Made by a program: the position numbers and the translations under genes
Shown: in pieces, positions 7,855 through 16,270 of the stretch
How positions within the stretch are numbered: the first letter of the stretch is position 1
Layout of the letters: each line of letters starts with the position of its first letter
Notes under the pieces: generated by a model
The model's database searches: none
What the model saw: only the letters and a program-made list of their open reading frames with translations
Told to the model about the DNA's origin: nothing
From: Pedobacter sp.
Lineage (GTDB): Bacteria; Bacteroidota; Bacteroidia; Sphingobacteriales; Sphingobacteriaceae
Direction of reading: 5' to 3'
Assembly: GCA_041652175.1 (NCBI GenBank)
Contig: JBAZHY010000001.1
Location: 305-39,260 of the forward strand
Length of the DNA: 38,956 bases

Positions 7855-8055
7855 ATGAGAAAACAAATCCAACCAATCAGAAAAAAAGCATCCACATTAA
7901 GGGATGAAAGAAACAGCCGTATTAAAGATATGTATAATACTTTAATGGCAATCGAAGGAAGCCAAAGGACTGCCGTATGCGAACATATTGCAGATGTATT
8001 GAAAAATGAATATCCTGTAGTGAGTTATTCAACTGTTATAAAGGTTACAAAATAA
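7855..8055 (+). CDS. Small putative HTH DNA-binding protein in the Cro position
   Basis: ERNSRIKDMY...EHIAD...VSYSTVIKV resembles an HTH; first gene after the divergent promoter. Confidence 0.55.
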   Translation: MRKQIQPIRKKASTLRDERNSRIKDMYNTLMAIEGSQRTAVCEHIADVLKNEYPVVSYSTVIKVTK

Positions 8056-8066
8056 AGTTTAAGATT

Positions 8067-8094
8067 ATTTTACTATATGACAATTCAATGACAA
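8067..8094 (+). promoter_or_regulatory. 28-bp site with tandem ATGACA repeats, inverted partner at 17065-17092
   Basis: ATTTTACTATATGACAATTCAATGACAA; 26/28 match to the reverse complement of 17065-17092. Confidence 0.7.
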
Positions 8095-8113
8095 AAGTAT
8101 TAATAAGTCAGTG

Positions 8114-8121
8114 TATATTTG
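8114..8121 (+). promoter_or_regulatory. -7 box TATATTTG
   Basis: TAnnTTTG followed by an A-rich leader and ATG at 8145. Confidence 0.7.
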
Positions 8122-8144
8122 ACTATACCAAAAACGAAAATAAT

Positions 8145-8378
8145 ATGACAACTCAAACATTCAACACCGAATTAGAATTTAGCCAAATGTTCAACTTTAA
8201 CATTCAGCCAAGTGCAATTAAAAAAGTTAACGGAATTGAAGTAAATGTATTTCAGGCACCGTTGCAAAAAAATAGTCTTTCGGTTACAAGAAAGCACGTA
8301 ATGCTTGAAAATTATAGCGTTGCAGCACAGAGCACCGATTACACATTTATCAATGCACCTTTTACAGTTGAATATTAA
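8145..8378 (+). CDS. Hypothetical protein
   Basis: Start moved from 8088 to MTTQTFN, downstream of the promoter. Confidence 0.65.
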   Translation: MTTQTFNTELEFSQMFNFNIQPSAIKKVNGIEVNVFQAPLQKNSLSVTRKHVMLENYSVAAQSTDYTFINAPFTVEY

Positions 8379-8389
8379 ATCAAACGAAC

Positions 8390-8488
8390 ATGAAAACAAT
8401 CCACCCACTACTAATGACTATTCTAAGAGTAGTAGTCATTGCAGCATTAATCTTTATTGTTGTTTACCCTTTAGTTATTAGGTTATGA
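8390..8488 (+). CDS. 32-aa single-TM peptide
   Basis: Read by hand: MKTIHPLLMTILRVVVIAALIFIVVYPLVIRL; ATGA overlap with next ORF. Confidence 0.55.
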   Translation: MKTIHPLLMTILRVVVIAALIFIVVYPLVIRL

Positions 8489-8622
8489 CCAAAATCTACG
8501 AATGCCTGATGCCGTTTAGATGCGGAAACAGGTCTTACCTTTGGGGCGAGCAAATCGGACACCGTGAATACATGGCACTATTGCCTAAACATAGGATTAA
8601 CTTTTCAATTGCAACGAGGTAG
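8485..8622 (+). CDS. Hypothetical protein (45 aa)
   Basis: Read by hand: MTKIYECLMPFRCGNRSYLWGEQ...; tiles the gap. Confidence 0.55.
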   Translation: MTKIYECLMPFRCGNRSYLWGEQIGHREYMALLPKHRINFSIATR

Positions 8623-8624
8623 TT

Positions 8625-8867
8625 ATGGAAAAAATAACAGTAAATGCAGAGTTCTTATTTGAACTAAAAAGCAAGCAGGATTGGGTAAACAAAGTGCCGA
8701 ATATTTTGCCTGAAAAAATAAGAGGTGGTGAAACTTGGATATGGTTAGATAAAAATGGCGATGTATTTGAAAGGGGATTAGACTTTATGGCTGCCGAAAC
8801 ATTAAACACATACCCATGCAAAGTTTACAGAACAATAAATGTTGCACACAATGATATTAAACAATGA
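8625..8867 (+). CDS. Hypothetical protein
   Basis: Operon tiling. Confidence 0.7.
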   Translation: MEKITVNAEFLFELKSKQDWVNKVPNILPEKIRGGETWIWLDKNGDVFERGLDFMAAETLNTYPCKVYRTINVAHNDIKQ

Positions 8868-9133
8868 CCCAAAGAACCGAAATAGACACTCAACTCAGCA
8901 AGGCTCAGAGAGTGCCACAGGACAGTAACGAACTGTTTGAGCAGATTAAAATTAACAGTCTGTCAGAACTTGACAGGATTAAAAGAGAATCTTATGTTGA
9001 AAAGTTAAAGAAGCATATTGAATATCAAAACGGACTTATCAAGGTCGTTATGCCTAATTTCTCTAAAGATTCTCAGGATTTACTACAAAGGGCTATCAAT
9101 GAAGGCAAAGAGTTAATTGAGGAGGGGAGATGA
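8864..9133 (+). CDS. Hypothetical protein
   Basis: ATGA overlaps. Confidence 0.7.
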   Translation: MTQRTEIDTQLSKAQRVPQDSNELFEQIKINSLSELDRIKRESYVEKLKKHIEYQNGLIKVVMPNFSKDSQDLLQRAINEGKELIEEGR

Positions 9134-9354
9134 TGGATAAGCTAAGAGTACAAAGTAGTGCATATCCAAACGGTGACTACATTACCTATTCAGATGGTAT
9201 GCCTAAACCTCGCATACTGCCATCAAATCATCCAGACGTATTAAAGATGCGTTACCAAAGGGCAGTAAATCGTTACAAGCCTGAGCGTACTGTCACAGAA
9301 CAGGCACAGGTAATTATCAACATGACTTCGGCAAAGTTAAGGAGGGCGAAGTGA
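9130..9354 (+). CDS. Hypothetical protein
   Basis: ATGA overlap. Confidence 0.65.
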   Translation: MMDKLRVQSSAYPNGDYITYSDGMPKPRILPSNHPDVLKMRYQRAVNRYKPERTVTEQAQVIINMTSAKLRRAK

Positions 9355-9470
9355 TGAAACGCAACCCAGAGAACTTGACAGCGTTCTGGTTAATAATTTC
9401 CGCAATGTCAATTGTAGTCTTATTTTTTTTAGCTGAGGTATTTGTTAAATTTTATTTGGAAGTGTTATGA
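9354..9470 (+). CDS. 38-aa single-TM peptide
   Basis: Read by hand: MKRNPENLTAFWLIISAMSIVVLFFLAEVFVKFYLEVL; coupled on both sides. Confidence 0.55.
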   Translation: MKRNPENLTAFWLIISAMSIVVLFFLAEVFVKFYLEVL

Positions 9471-9679
9471 TTTGCGGAAAATGTAATAAAGAAGCAAGCA
9501 GCCTGCATTCTATTTTTGGCGAATCTGGGTATTGCCTTAACTGTTATCACGTTAAGCGAGATAAAGAGTTTCCATTCATTGTTAGATTCGATAATGAGTA
9601 TCGAGAATTTGCAACCACAGAGGAAGCAAATGAATTTGTAGATGAATTACACAGGGCTTATGTTGAACGCAAAAACTAA
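9467..9679 (+). CDS. Small zinc-finger protein
   Basis: CGKC...YCLNC. Confidence 0.7.
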   Translation: MICGKCNKEASSLHSIFGESGYCLNCYHVKRDKEFPFIVRFDNEYREFATTEEANEFVDELHRAYVERKN

Positions 9680-9683
9680 AATC

Positions 9684-9803
9684 ATGAAACACTCAAACGA
9701 CAACTACCCAAATCGGCAATCCCATCACGAATCCGACAATGTAATATTATGGTTAGAAATCGGATGGGTATTGCTTATTTTGATTTGTTTTTTAGTATAT
9801 TAG
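9684..9803 (+). CDS. 39-aa peptide with C-terminal TM segment
   Basis: Read by hand: MKHSNDNYPNRQSHHESDNVILWLEIGWVLLILICFLVY. Confidence 0.45.
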   Translation: MKHSNDNYPNRQSHHESDNVILWLEIGWVLLILICFLVY

Positions 9804-9904
9804 TATCATTGTCCAGCTTCGAAATTATGACATCACCTAAAACATTATCCTTACTGCCTAAGTACCGAGTCGAAGCCGGGAAAGGGCGTGAGGATTTTTA
9901 ATTT
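9796..9904 (+). promoter_or_regulatory. Promoter-like box plus structured leader (loop pseudoknot, U-tailed hairpin) upstream of erf
   Basis: TATATTAG box; 9812-9822 pairs with 9870-9880, inside the loop of stem 9847-9859/9884-9895. Confidence 0.55.
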
Positions 9905-10462
9905 ATGGAAAAATCAGAATCAATAATCAATCTTGCAAAGGCTTTAATGGCTTTTCAGATGAAGGTTGCAAAAATCAACAAAGATGCGGTAAATCCTTTT
10001 TTTAAATCTAAGTACGCTTCACTTTCAAACATTCAGGAAGCTATTTATACTCCACTTGCCGAAAGCGGTTTAACTTACTCTCAACTTCCATCAGGACAAA
10101 ATGGGCTATGCACTATTTTAATTCATGCAGAATCGGGAGAGTATTTTTTAGATACATACACCATGCCTGTTGCTAAACAGAACGATCCCCAGGCAGTAGG
10201 TAGTGCGATAACATACGCTAAAAGATATGCGTTAGTTGCCATGCTTGGCTTAAACATAGATGAGGATGATGATGGAAATGAGGCAAGCAAAAAACCTAAG
10301 CCAGAAAATAAAAATGATGATAAGAAATGGTTAAATCCACATACTCCCGAATGGAATGAAGCGGTTAAATATTTATCTTCCGATGGAACTATTGAAAAAA
10401 TCAAGAGCAAATACATGATTTCTAAAACAAACGAAGAATTATTAAAAAAAGCAATAATATGA
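9905..10462 (+). CDS. erf: ERF-family single-strand annealing recombinase
   Basis: NPFFKSKYASL...HAESGE...PQAVGSAITYAKRYALVAMLGL..DEDDDG. Confidence 0.92.
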   Translation: MEKSESIINLAKALMAFQMKVAKINKDAVNPFFKSKYASLSNIQEAIYTPLAESGLTYSQLPSGQNGLCTILIHAESGEYFLDTYTMPVAKQNDPQAVGSAITYAKRYALVAMLGLNIDEDDDGNEASKKPKPENKNDDKKWLNPHTPEWNEAVKYLSSDGTIEKIKSKYMISKTNEELLKKAII

Positions 10463-10908
10463 GCAAAGAACTATTCTTTAACATGAGAGCCGAAGAAATG
10501 GCTACCATGTATGACCATTCTTTCACTAAAAAAGATGCTGAAACAACAGGGTTAAATCTTGTTAAACAAATCTTTGAGAATGGCGAAGTTGAACCGATTA
10601 AGGTCATGTCTAATATTGTCAGATTAAAGGCCGTAATAGATTCGGCAGAGAAATCATTCAGGGAACGCCTGAGCCTTCAAAATGCTGATAGTTGGAATGG
10701 TGTAACCTTTACCCCTAAAAATGGCTCAGAGAAGCTAAATTTAAGCGAAGATCCTGTTTATGCTGAATTGGAAGCTAAACTTAAAGAGCGTGGCGAATTG
10801 GTTAAATTAGCAACCAAATCAAAAGATACTATTTTCGATAGTGATGGATGCGAAGTACCAAAGGTATCATCAACTTTTAATAAGGCATCAATTACAATTA
10901 CTTTCTGA
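10459..10908 (+). CDS. Hypothetical protein of the recombination module
   Basis: Coupled to erf; helical protein with KVS...SITITF end. Confidence 0.75.
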   Translation: MSKELFFNMRAEEMATMYDHSFTKKDAETTGLNLVKQIFENGEVEPIKVMSNIVRLKAVIDSAEKSFRERLSLQNADSWNGVTFTPKNGSEKLNLSEDPVYAELEAKLKERGELVKLATKSKDTIFDSDGCEVPKVSSTFNKASITITF

Positions 10909-11321
10909 TGAAAATAGTTTTAGTCAAAACATTATCAGGCTCAATTATTCCGGCATACGATCAGGATAAAGAAAAGTTAAAGCAGTTTAAAGCAGGAGAG
11001 CCTTTTATGGCAGATGTAACCAAGCCGAGAAATTTACGATTCCACAAAAAGGCGTTTGCATTATTTAATATGGTTTTCCAGAATCAAGAAGTTTATACAA
11101 ATTTAGATGATTTACGATACGATCTAACCATTGAGGCAGGATTCTTTGTCGAAGGTTCAAACTTCTTAGGTGAGCCAGTAAAACGGCCAAAAAGTATATC
11201 ATTTGCAAGCATGGATGATTTGGAATTTGGGGAATATTACGAAGCGATTATAAAGACAATAGTCAGGTGTTTTAACTTTGATAGGCAAGACATTTTAGAT
11301 AACGTGGAGGATTTTGCATGA
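10908..11321 (+). CDS. DUF1367/NinB-like protein
   Basis: KPRNLRFHKKAFAL...PKSISFASMD..EF..YY. Confidence 0.8.
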   Translation: MKIVLVKTLSGSIIPAYDQDKEKLKQFKAGEPFMADVTKPRNLRFHKKAFALFNMVFQNQEVYTNLDDLRYDLTIEAGFFVEGSNFLGEPVKRPKSISFASMDDLEFGEYYEAIIKTIVRCFNFDRQDILDNVEDFA

Positions 11322-11590
11322 GAAACAGGTCACTTAAAAGAGCAAAGCAAGAACGTGAATATTCTAAACTTCGGGATAAGTTTTTAGCAGATAATCCGAT
11401 TTGTATGTTTCCTGAATGTCAAAGTGAACAGGTCGAATTGCATCATGCTGCCGGAAGAGTTGGTAATTTACTTACCGATGTATCGACATTCAGATCATTA
11501 TGCAGGTATCATCATCAATACGTAGAACTTCATCCTGACGTAGCCAAAGAATGGAATTTATCAATTAGCAGATTAGAAAAAAGAATATGA
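11318..11590 (+). CDS. Small HNH-fold/Zn-binding protein
   Basis: PICMFPEC...ELHHAAGR...LCRYHH..VE.HP. Confidence 0.7.
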   Translation: MRNRSLKRAKQEREYSKLRDKFLADNPICMFPECQSEQVELHHAAGRVGNLLTDVSTFRSLCRYHHQYVELHPDVAKEWNLSISRLEKRI

Positions 11591-12495
11591 ACCTCGGCAT
11601 TCCATACATGGGTAGTAAAAGAAAACTTGCTCCAGACATTTTAAAGCTAATTACATCCAGACATTCTGGAATAACTGACTTTTACGACCTATTTGGAGGC
11701 GGTGGATCTATTTCTTTTAATGCTATTAAAGACTACCGATTCAATGTTCATTACAATGAGTTAAACAGGCATATATACCACCTCGTTAAATACCTGAAGG
11801 AAAATAAAGAACTCGAGCCTAAATTTTATGAATGGGTTACACGGGAGGTTTTCTTTGAGCAACTGGATCGTGAGGATGCTGATTGGTATTCCGGATTCGT
11901 TATGTCATGCTGGAGTTTTGGTAATAACTCCGAAAAAGGATATATGTACGGTGCAGATATTGAGGAGATAAAAAGGTGGGCGCATCAGTTTGTTGTATTC
12001 GGCTGTCTTGATTCAATGCACGCTTTAAAAATAAATATTCCAGAATTATGCTCAATTAAAGACGTTCAAAAGAGGCGGATTTATTTTTGTGATTATATTC
12101 AGAAAACAAATAAAGAGCGTTTTGATATTCAGAATTTAGAAAGATTTGTACAGTTAGAGCGCATTCAAAACCTGCAAAACCTGCAAAACCTGCAAATTAC
12201 GAATTTTTCCTATAAAAACGTAATAATAACAGGGAAAAATCCTGTCATTTATTGTGATATTCCATACAAAGGAACAGGAGAATATAAAGAAGGTGGCTTC
12301 AATCATGAAAGGTTTTATCAATGGGCAAATGACTGCCAATATCCTGTATATATAAGCGAGTATGACGCCCCATTTGAAGAAGTTGAATCATTTACACATA
12401 GAAGCTCTTTGAGTGCCACAAACAACAAAAAGAAAACGATTGAAAAGATATTCTGGAACGGTAAAGGAATTATAAACCAAACTAAACTATTCTAA
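11587..12495 (+). CDS. Orphan DNA adenine methyltransferase, D12/Dam class
   Basis: PYMGSKR, DLFGGGGS (SAM motif), YNEL, IYCDIPY (DPPY-like), YISEY. Confidence 0.85.
   Translation: MNLGIPYMGSKRKLAPDILKLITSRHSGITDFYDLFGGGGSISFNAIKDYRFNVHYNELNRHIYHLVKYLKENKELEPKFYEWVTREVFFEQLDREDADWYSGFVMSCWSFGNNSEKGYMYGADIEEIKRWAHQFVVFGCLDSMHALKINIPELCSIKDVQKRRIYFCDYIQKTNKERFDIQNLERFVQLERIQNLQNLQNLQITNFSYKNVIITGKNPVIYCDIPYKGTGEYKEGGFNHERFYQWANDCQYPVYISEYDAPFEEVESFTHRSSLSATNNKKKTIEKIFWNGKGIINQTKLF
12166..12196 (+). repeat. In-frame tandem repeat (CAAAACCTG)x3 + CAAA, encoding QNL repeats
   Basis: Read directly. Confidence 0.9.
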
Positions 12496-12671
12496 TGAAA
12501 CCAACAACCAGCACCTCCTACATTGATTCAACAGGTCAGACATTCATATTGCATCAATCAGTCGATGTTTATCGAGGCGAATATACCAATCGTCCCGGCA
12601 AGCCTGATTTTCAAACAACATCAGAACACGTTAAAAAGGCATTACATTTTAAAACATGGAAACCATGCTAA
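12495..12671 (+). CDS. Hypothetical protein (58 aa)
   Basis: Read by hand: MKPTTSTSYIDSTGQTFILHQ...KTWKPC; TAATG coupling. Confidence 0.55.
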   Translation: MKPTTSTSYIDSTGQTFILHQSVDVYRGEYTNRPGKPDFQTTSEHVKKALHFKTWKPC

Positions 12672-12964
12672 CAAACACTAACCTATTCGGGCTGAAAGAG
12701 ATAATCAATCAGCCGAAGCGAGAATACAACGGTGAATTCGCACCTAATTGCGACCATGCTCCTCAGGCAAATGTTAAGCGACATCTCGAGGCAGGCCTTA
12801 GTATAACCGTTCTCCAATGCCTTAAGCTATATGGTTCAACTGAGGCTAAACGAATCATTTGCAGGCTAAGGAAATCAGGAATGCCTATTGGGGACAGATG
12901 GCATTATCAAAATAATAAAAGGCGTTATAAGGTGTATTTTTTAGTTAAAGAAATAAAGAAATGA
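12656..12964 (+). CDS. Winged-HTH protein
   Basis: HLEAGLSIT..QCLKLYG...RIICRLRKSGMPI...YKVYFL. Confidence 0.75.
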   Translation: METMLTNTNLFGLKEIINQPKREYNGEFAPNCDHAPQANVKRHLEAGLSITVLQCLKLYGSTEAKRIICRLRKSGMPIGDRWHYQNNKRRYKVYFLVKEIKK

Positions 12965-13296
12965 ATTACTACATATTCCCCGGACTTGATAAAAAAGTCC
13001 AAAGACGTTTTTTAATCGGAGAGGTCAATTCGATTATAAACGTAACCTGTTCATTATTTAATGTCGATCCTGAAGATGTGATTTCTACAAATAGAAAACG
13101 TATTTATACTGAGCCTCGACAAATAGCTATGTATTTTATACGGAATAAAACCAATTTATCATTTGCTAAAATTGGTAAGATTTTCAGCGATAGAGATCAT
13201 AGTACTGTACATTATTCAGTTGATTTGGTAAAGGATATGATTGACATTAATAAGAGGTTTAGGAAAAAAATTGAGGAGTTGGAAAAATTGATTTGA
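12961..13296 (+). CDS. Stand-alone DnaA domain IV-like DNA-binding protein
   Basis: PRQIAMYFIR..TNLSFAKIGKIFSDRDHSTVHYSV. Confidence 0.9.
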   Translation: MNYYIFPGLDKKVQRRFLIGEVNSIINVTCSLFNVDPEDVISTNRKRIYTEPRQIAMYFIRNKTNLSFAKIGKIFSDRDHSTVHYSVDLVKDMIDINKRFRKKIEELEKLI

Positions 13297-13299
13297 TTT

Positions 13300-13425
13300 T
13301 TTGTTATTAAATATTAAATTCTTATCTTAGTACTGTAATAAAATCAGGGTGGTAGCTGGTTAAACGATTTTTAAACCTTTTCGGGGGCGGCGACTACCAC
13401 AGCCAAACTCGAAAAGGTTTCTTTA
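13300..13425 (+). promoter_or_regulatory. Promoter (TTTG-N19-TATCTTAG) plus kissing-loop structured leader
   Basis: Hairpin 13342-13361 loop GTGGTAG is complementary to CTACCAC (13394-13400) in the loop of stem 13373-13385/13408-13420. Confidence 0.65.
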
Positions 13426-13440
13426 TTAAAAAATATTTTT

Positions 13441-13674
13441 ATGAACGTAATTGATTTAAGAAACAGAAACAACTATCCAATGCTTTTGCAATTCAGTATT
13501 GAAAATTCAACTATTGATTTTTGTAATACCTCATTATCAGAGGTGGGAGATGAAATTATTATTCTCAATCACATTGGACTTATTAAAACCAATATAGTTA
13601 AAATATTGGACAATAGGCAAGCTAAACCGTATCATCAAGAAGGTATAATTTGGCAACGGGTTTTGGTTAAGTGA
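13441..13674 (+). CDS. Hypothetical protein
   Basis: ORF between the leader and the initiator. Confidence 0.6.
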   Translation: MNVIDLRNRNNYPMLLQFSIENSTIDFCNTSLSEVGDEIIILNHIGLIKTNIVKILDNRQAKPYHQEGIIWQRVLVK

Positions 13675-13675
13675 T

Positions 13676-14317
13676 ATGGCAAAAGATCCAGCATTTTTAT
13701 TCTACCCTGGGGATTGGCTCGGCGGAACTATGGGTATGACCTTTGAAGATAAAGGCGCATACATGGAACTACTTATGATGCAATTTACAAGAGGTCATAT
13801 GACCGACCATATGATAGGTCAAACGGTTGGTCAACTTTGGGTCAACATACAGGACAAATTTAAAAAAGACGATCAAGGTTTGTGGTTTAATGAAAGGTTA
13901 GATGTAGAGAAAGAAAAGCGAAAATCATACACAGATAGCCGTAAAAACAACATTAAAGGCACTAATCAACACACTAAAAAGGATAAAAAAACACATGGTC
14001 ATATGACCTCCCATATGGAAAATGTAAATAAAGATGTAATTATAAGTATAGTTAGTTATTTAAATATAAAGGCAGAAAAAAAATTTAAAACAGATTCTGA
14101 TAAAACAATCAAAACAATTACGGCAAGAATTAATGAAGGATATTCAGAAAATGATTTTAGAAAAGTAATTGATACGAAGTGTTTGAAATGGAAAAACGAT
14201 TTAAAGATGTCAGATTATTTAAGACCTGAAACATTATTTGGGACAAAATTTGAAAGTTACCTTAACGAAACCGCATCAATAAAAGTCGATCACTCAATAC
14301 CCGGCATGGTTTACTAA
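13676..14317 (+). CDS. Replication initiator (DUF1376-like N-terminus, conserved phage C-terminal domain)
   Basis: PAFLFYPGDW...KGAYMELL N-terminus; YLRPETLFGTKFESYLN C-terminus; directly upstream of the helicase. Confidence 0.85.
   Translation: MAKDPAFLFYPGDWLGGTMGMTFEDKGAYMELLMMQFTRGHMTDHMIGQTVGQLWVNIQDKFKKDDQGLWFNERLDVEKEKRKSYTDSRKNNIKGTNQHTKKDKKTHGHMTSHMENVNKDVIISIVSYLNIKAEKKFKTDSDKTIKTITARINEGYSENDFRKVIDTKCLKWKNDLKMSDYLRPETLFGTKFESYLNETASIKVDHSIPGMVY
13793..14017. repeat. Iteron-like repeats, probable replication origin inside the initiator gene
   Basis: GGTCATATGACC(GA/TC)CCATATG at 13793 and 13997; GGTCAA at 13817, 13829 and 13840. Confidence 0.7.
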
Positions 14318-16047
14318 TGGAAAAATCAAACTCGCAACTTTTACAGGATTTAGGCATTGAACTGAAGAATATAAAAACGTCAGGCAAAACGATCTGCCCG
14401 AAATGTTCGCACGATCGGAAAAAGAAAACAGATCCATGCTTATCGGTAAATGTTGAACAGGGAATGTATCGGTGTCATAACTGCGATTGGAAGGGCTACG
14501 TTTATAACAAATTTGAAAAACCAGAAAAAACATACTCAATTCCAGAATTTAACAACCGGACGGAATTGCCGAAAAATACAGTTGATTGGTTCTTTAAAAG
14601 AGGTATATCTCAACAGACATTGATTGACTTTAAAATAACTCAGTCCGAGGAGTGGATGCCACAGACAGGGAAAAAAGAACGTTGCATTCAATTTAACTAT
14701 TTCCGATCCGAAGAGTTGGTAAATATTAAATATCGGACAGGGCATAAGCATTTTAAGCTATTCAAAGATGCCGAATTGATTATGTATAATATTGACAGTA
14801 TTGTTGATTCGGATGAGTGCATTATTTGCGAAGGCGAAATAGATGCAATGTCATGGCATGAAGCAGGGTTTAAAAATGTGGTGAGCGTTCCAAACGGAGC
14901 AAGTAAAGGGGCAAGGCTTGAATATATTGATAATTGCTACAAGTATTTTGAACATAAAACTAAAATATTCTTATCGACCGATAATGATGAGCCGGGTATT
15001 GCATTGCGTGACGAACTATGTCGGAGGTTCGGAATTGAAAGGTGCTATAAAGTTAATTTAGGTGATTATAAAGATGCAAATGAGGCACTTCAAAACGGGT
15101 TTAAGCTAACATTAGATACCGCTACAATCTTCCCTATTGAGGGAGTTTTTACGATAAATGACGTTTGGGATGATATTGAGGATATTTACAATCACGGATT
15201 ACCCGCAGGAGATAAGACCGGGGATATCGGACTTGATAATCACATTGGGTTTATGCCCGGAGAATTAACAATGGTTACAGGCATTCCGGGACACGGTAAA
15301 TCAATTTACTTAGATCAGGTTAGCGTTGGACTTGCGATTAACTCTAATTGGTCATTTGCGGTTTGTTCTCCCGAAAGTTATCCGATTGGATTTTACTATA
15401 CCCGATTAATAAAACGGATTTTAGGTAAAAAATTCAGCAAATACAACATTACACCCGGCGAATTGCAGGAAGTTAAAGATTGGATAGCTGATAGGTATAA
15501 CATCATTATGCCCGGTTCTGGTTTTAATCTTGACACGATTTTAGAAAAGGCAAAAGCATTGGTTTTACGAAAAGGAATTAAAGGTTTAATAATTGATCCG
15601 TGGAATAGGATTGAAAATAACATATCTGAAGGAAAGGATATTATTTCAAATCTTCTTAAAATCATTAACTTTAATCAGCAGACAGGTGTACATACATTTT
15701 TAGTCGCCCACCCGACTAAAATGCCTAAAAAAGAGGATGGTATAAATTACGTTATTCCAAACCTATACAGCATTTCAGGATCAGCACACTTTTTTAACAT
15801 GACCCAAAACGGGATGACAGTATACCGGAATTACAGCACTCAGGAAACTGAGGTTTATATTCAGAAAGTAAAATGGGAACATTTGGGTAAGATTGGGCAA
15901 GTAAATTATAAGTATATGGAGGAAAACGCCCGGTTTGTTGGCGAAGGAATAGAACCTTATGCCTCATGGATAGCGAAAAAAGAATTAACGGCAATACAGC
16001 CAAATTTAAACTTTGATAAAAATGAAGAAGAATTTGACCTCTTTTGA
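14317..16047 (+). CDS. Primase-helicase, T7 gp4/Twinkle-like
   Basis: CPKC...CHNC zinc domain, TOPRIM EGEIDAMS and DND, Walker A GIPGHGKS, IIDPWN, LVAHP. Confidence 0.93.
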   Translation: MEKSNSQLLQDLGIELKNIKTSGKTICPKCSHDRKKKTDPCLSVNVEQGMYRCHNCDWKGYVYNKFEKPEKTYSIPEFNNRTELPKNTVDWFFKRGISQQTLIDFKITQSEEWMPQTGKKERCIQFNYFRSEELVNIKYRTGHKHFKLFKDAELIMYNIDSIVDSDECIICEGEIDAMSWHEAGFKNVVSVPNGASKGARLEYIDNCYKYFEHKTKIFLSTDNDEPGIALRDELCRRFGIERCYKVNLGDYKDANEALQNGFKLTLDTATIFPIEGVFTINDVWDDIEDIYNHGLPAGDKTGDIGLDNHIGFMPGELTMVTGIPGHGKSIYLDQVSVGLAINSNWSFAVCSPESYPIGFYYTRLIKRILGKKFSKYNITPGELQEVKDWIADRYNIIMPGSGFNLDTILEKAKALVLRKGIKGLIIDPWNRIENNISEGKDIISNLLKIINFNQQTGVHTFLVAHPTKMPKKEDGINYVIPNLYSISGSAHFFNMTQNGMTVYRNYSTQETEVYIQKVKWEHLGKIGQVNYKYMEENARFVGEGIEPYASWIAKKELTAIQPNLNFDKNEEEFDLF

Positions 16048-16270
16048 ATTACCCAGCGATCAGCAATTAGTCGCTGTTTGGGATAAAGTTGACAAAATGC
16101 AACCAGGCGAAAGGATTATAATTAATTCCGCAGCACCTAATTTTCCCGAATTGCTTGTTAAAAGCCTTAAAATGTGGATGGACTGTTTCAAAGGGGGTGA
16201 GTTCAATTCTGATTACTCAGTCTTTCGGAAAATGGATATAGCCGAATACTTAAATTATAAAGCAGGATAA
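16013..16270 (+). CDS. Hypothetical protein
   Basis: Overlaps helicase end, coupled to the next gene; start uncertain. Confidence 0.65.
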   Translation: MIKMKKNLTSFELPSDQQLVAVWDKVDKMQPGERIIINSAAPNFPELLVKSLKMWMDCFKGGEFNSDYSVFRKMDIAEYLNYKAG

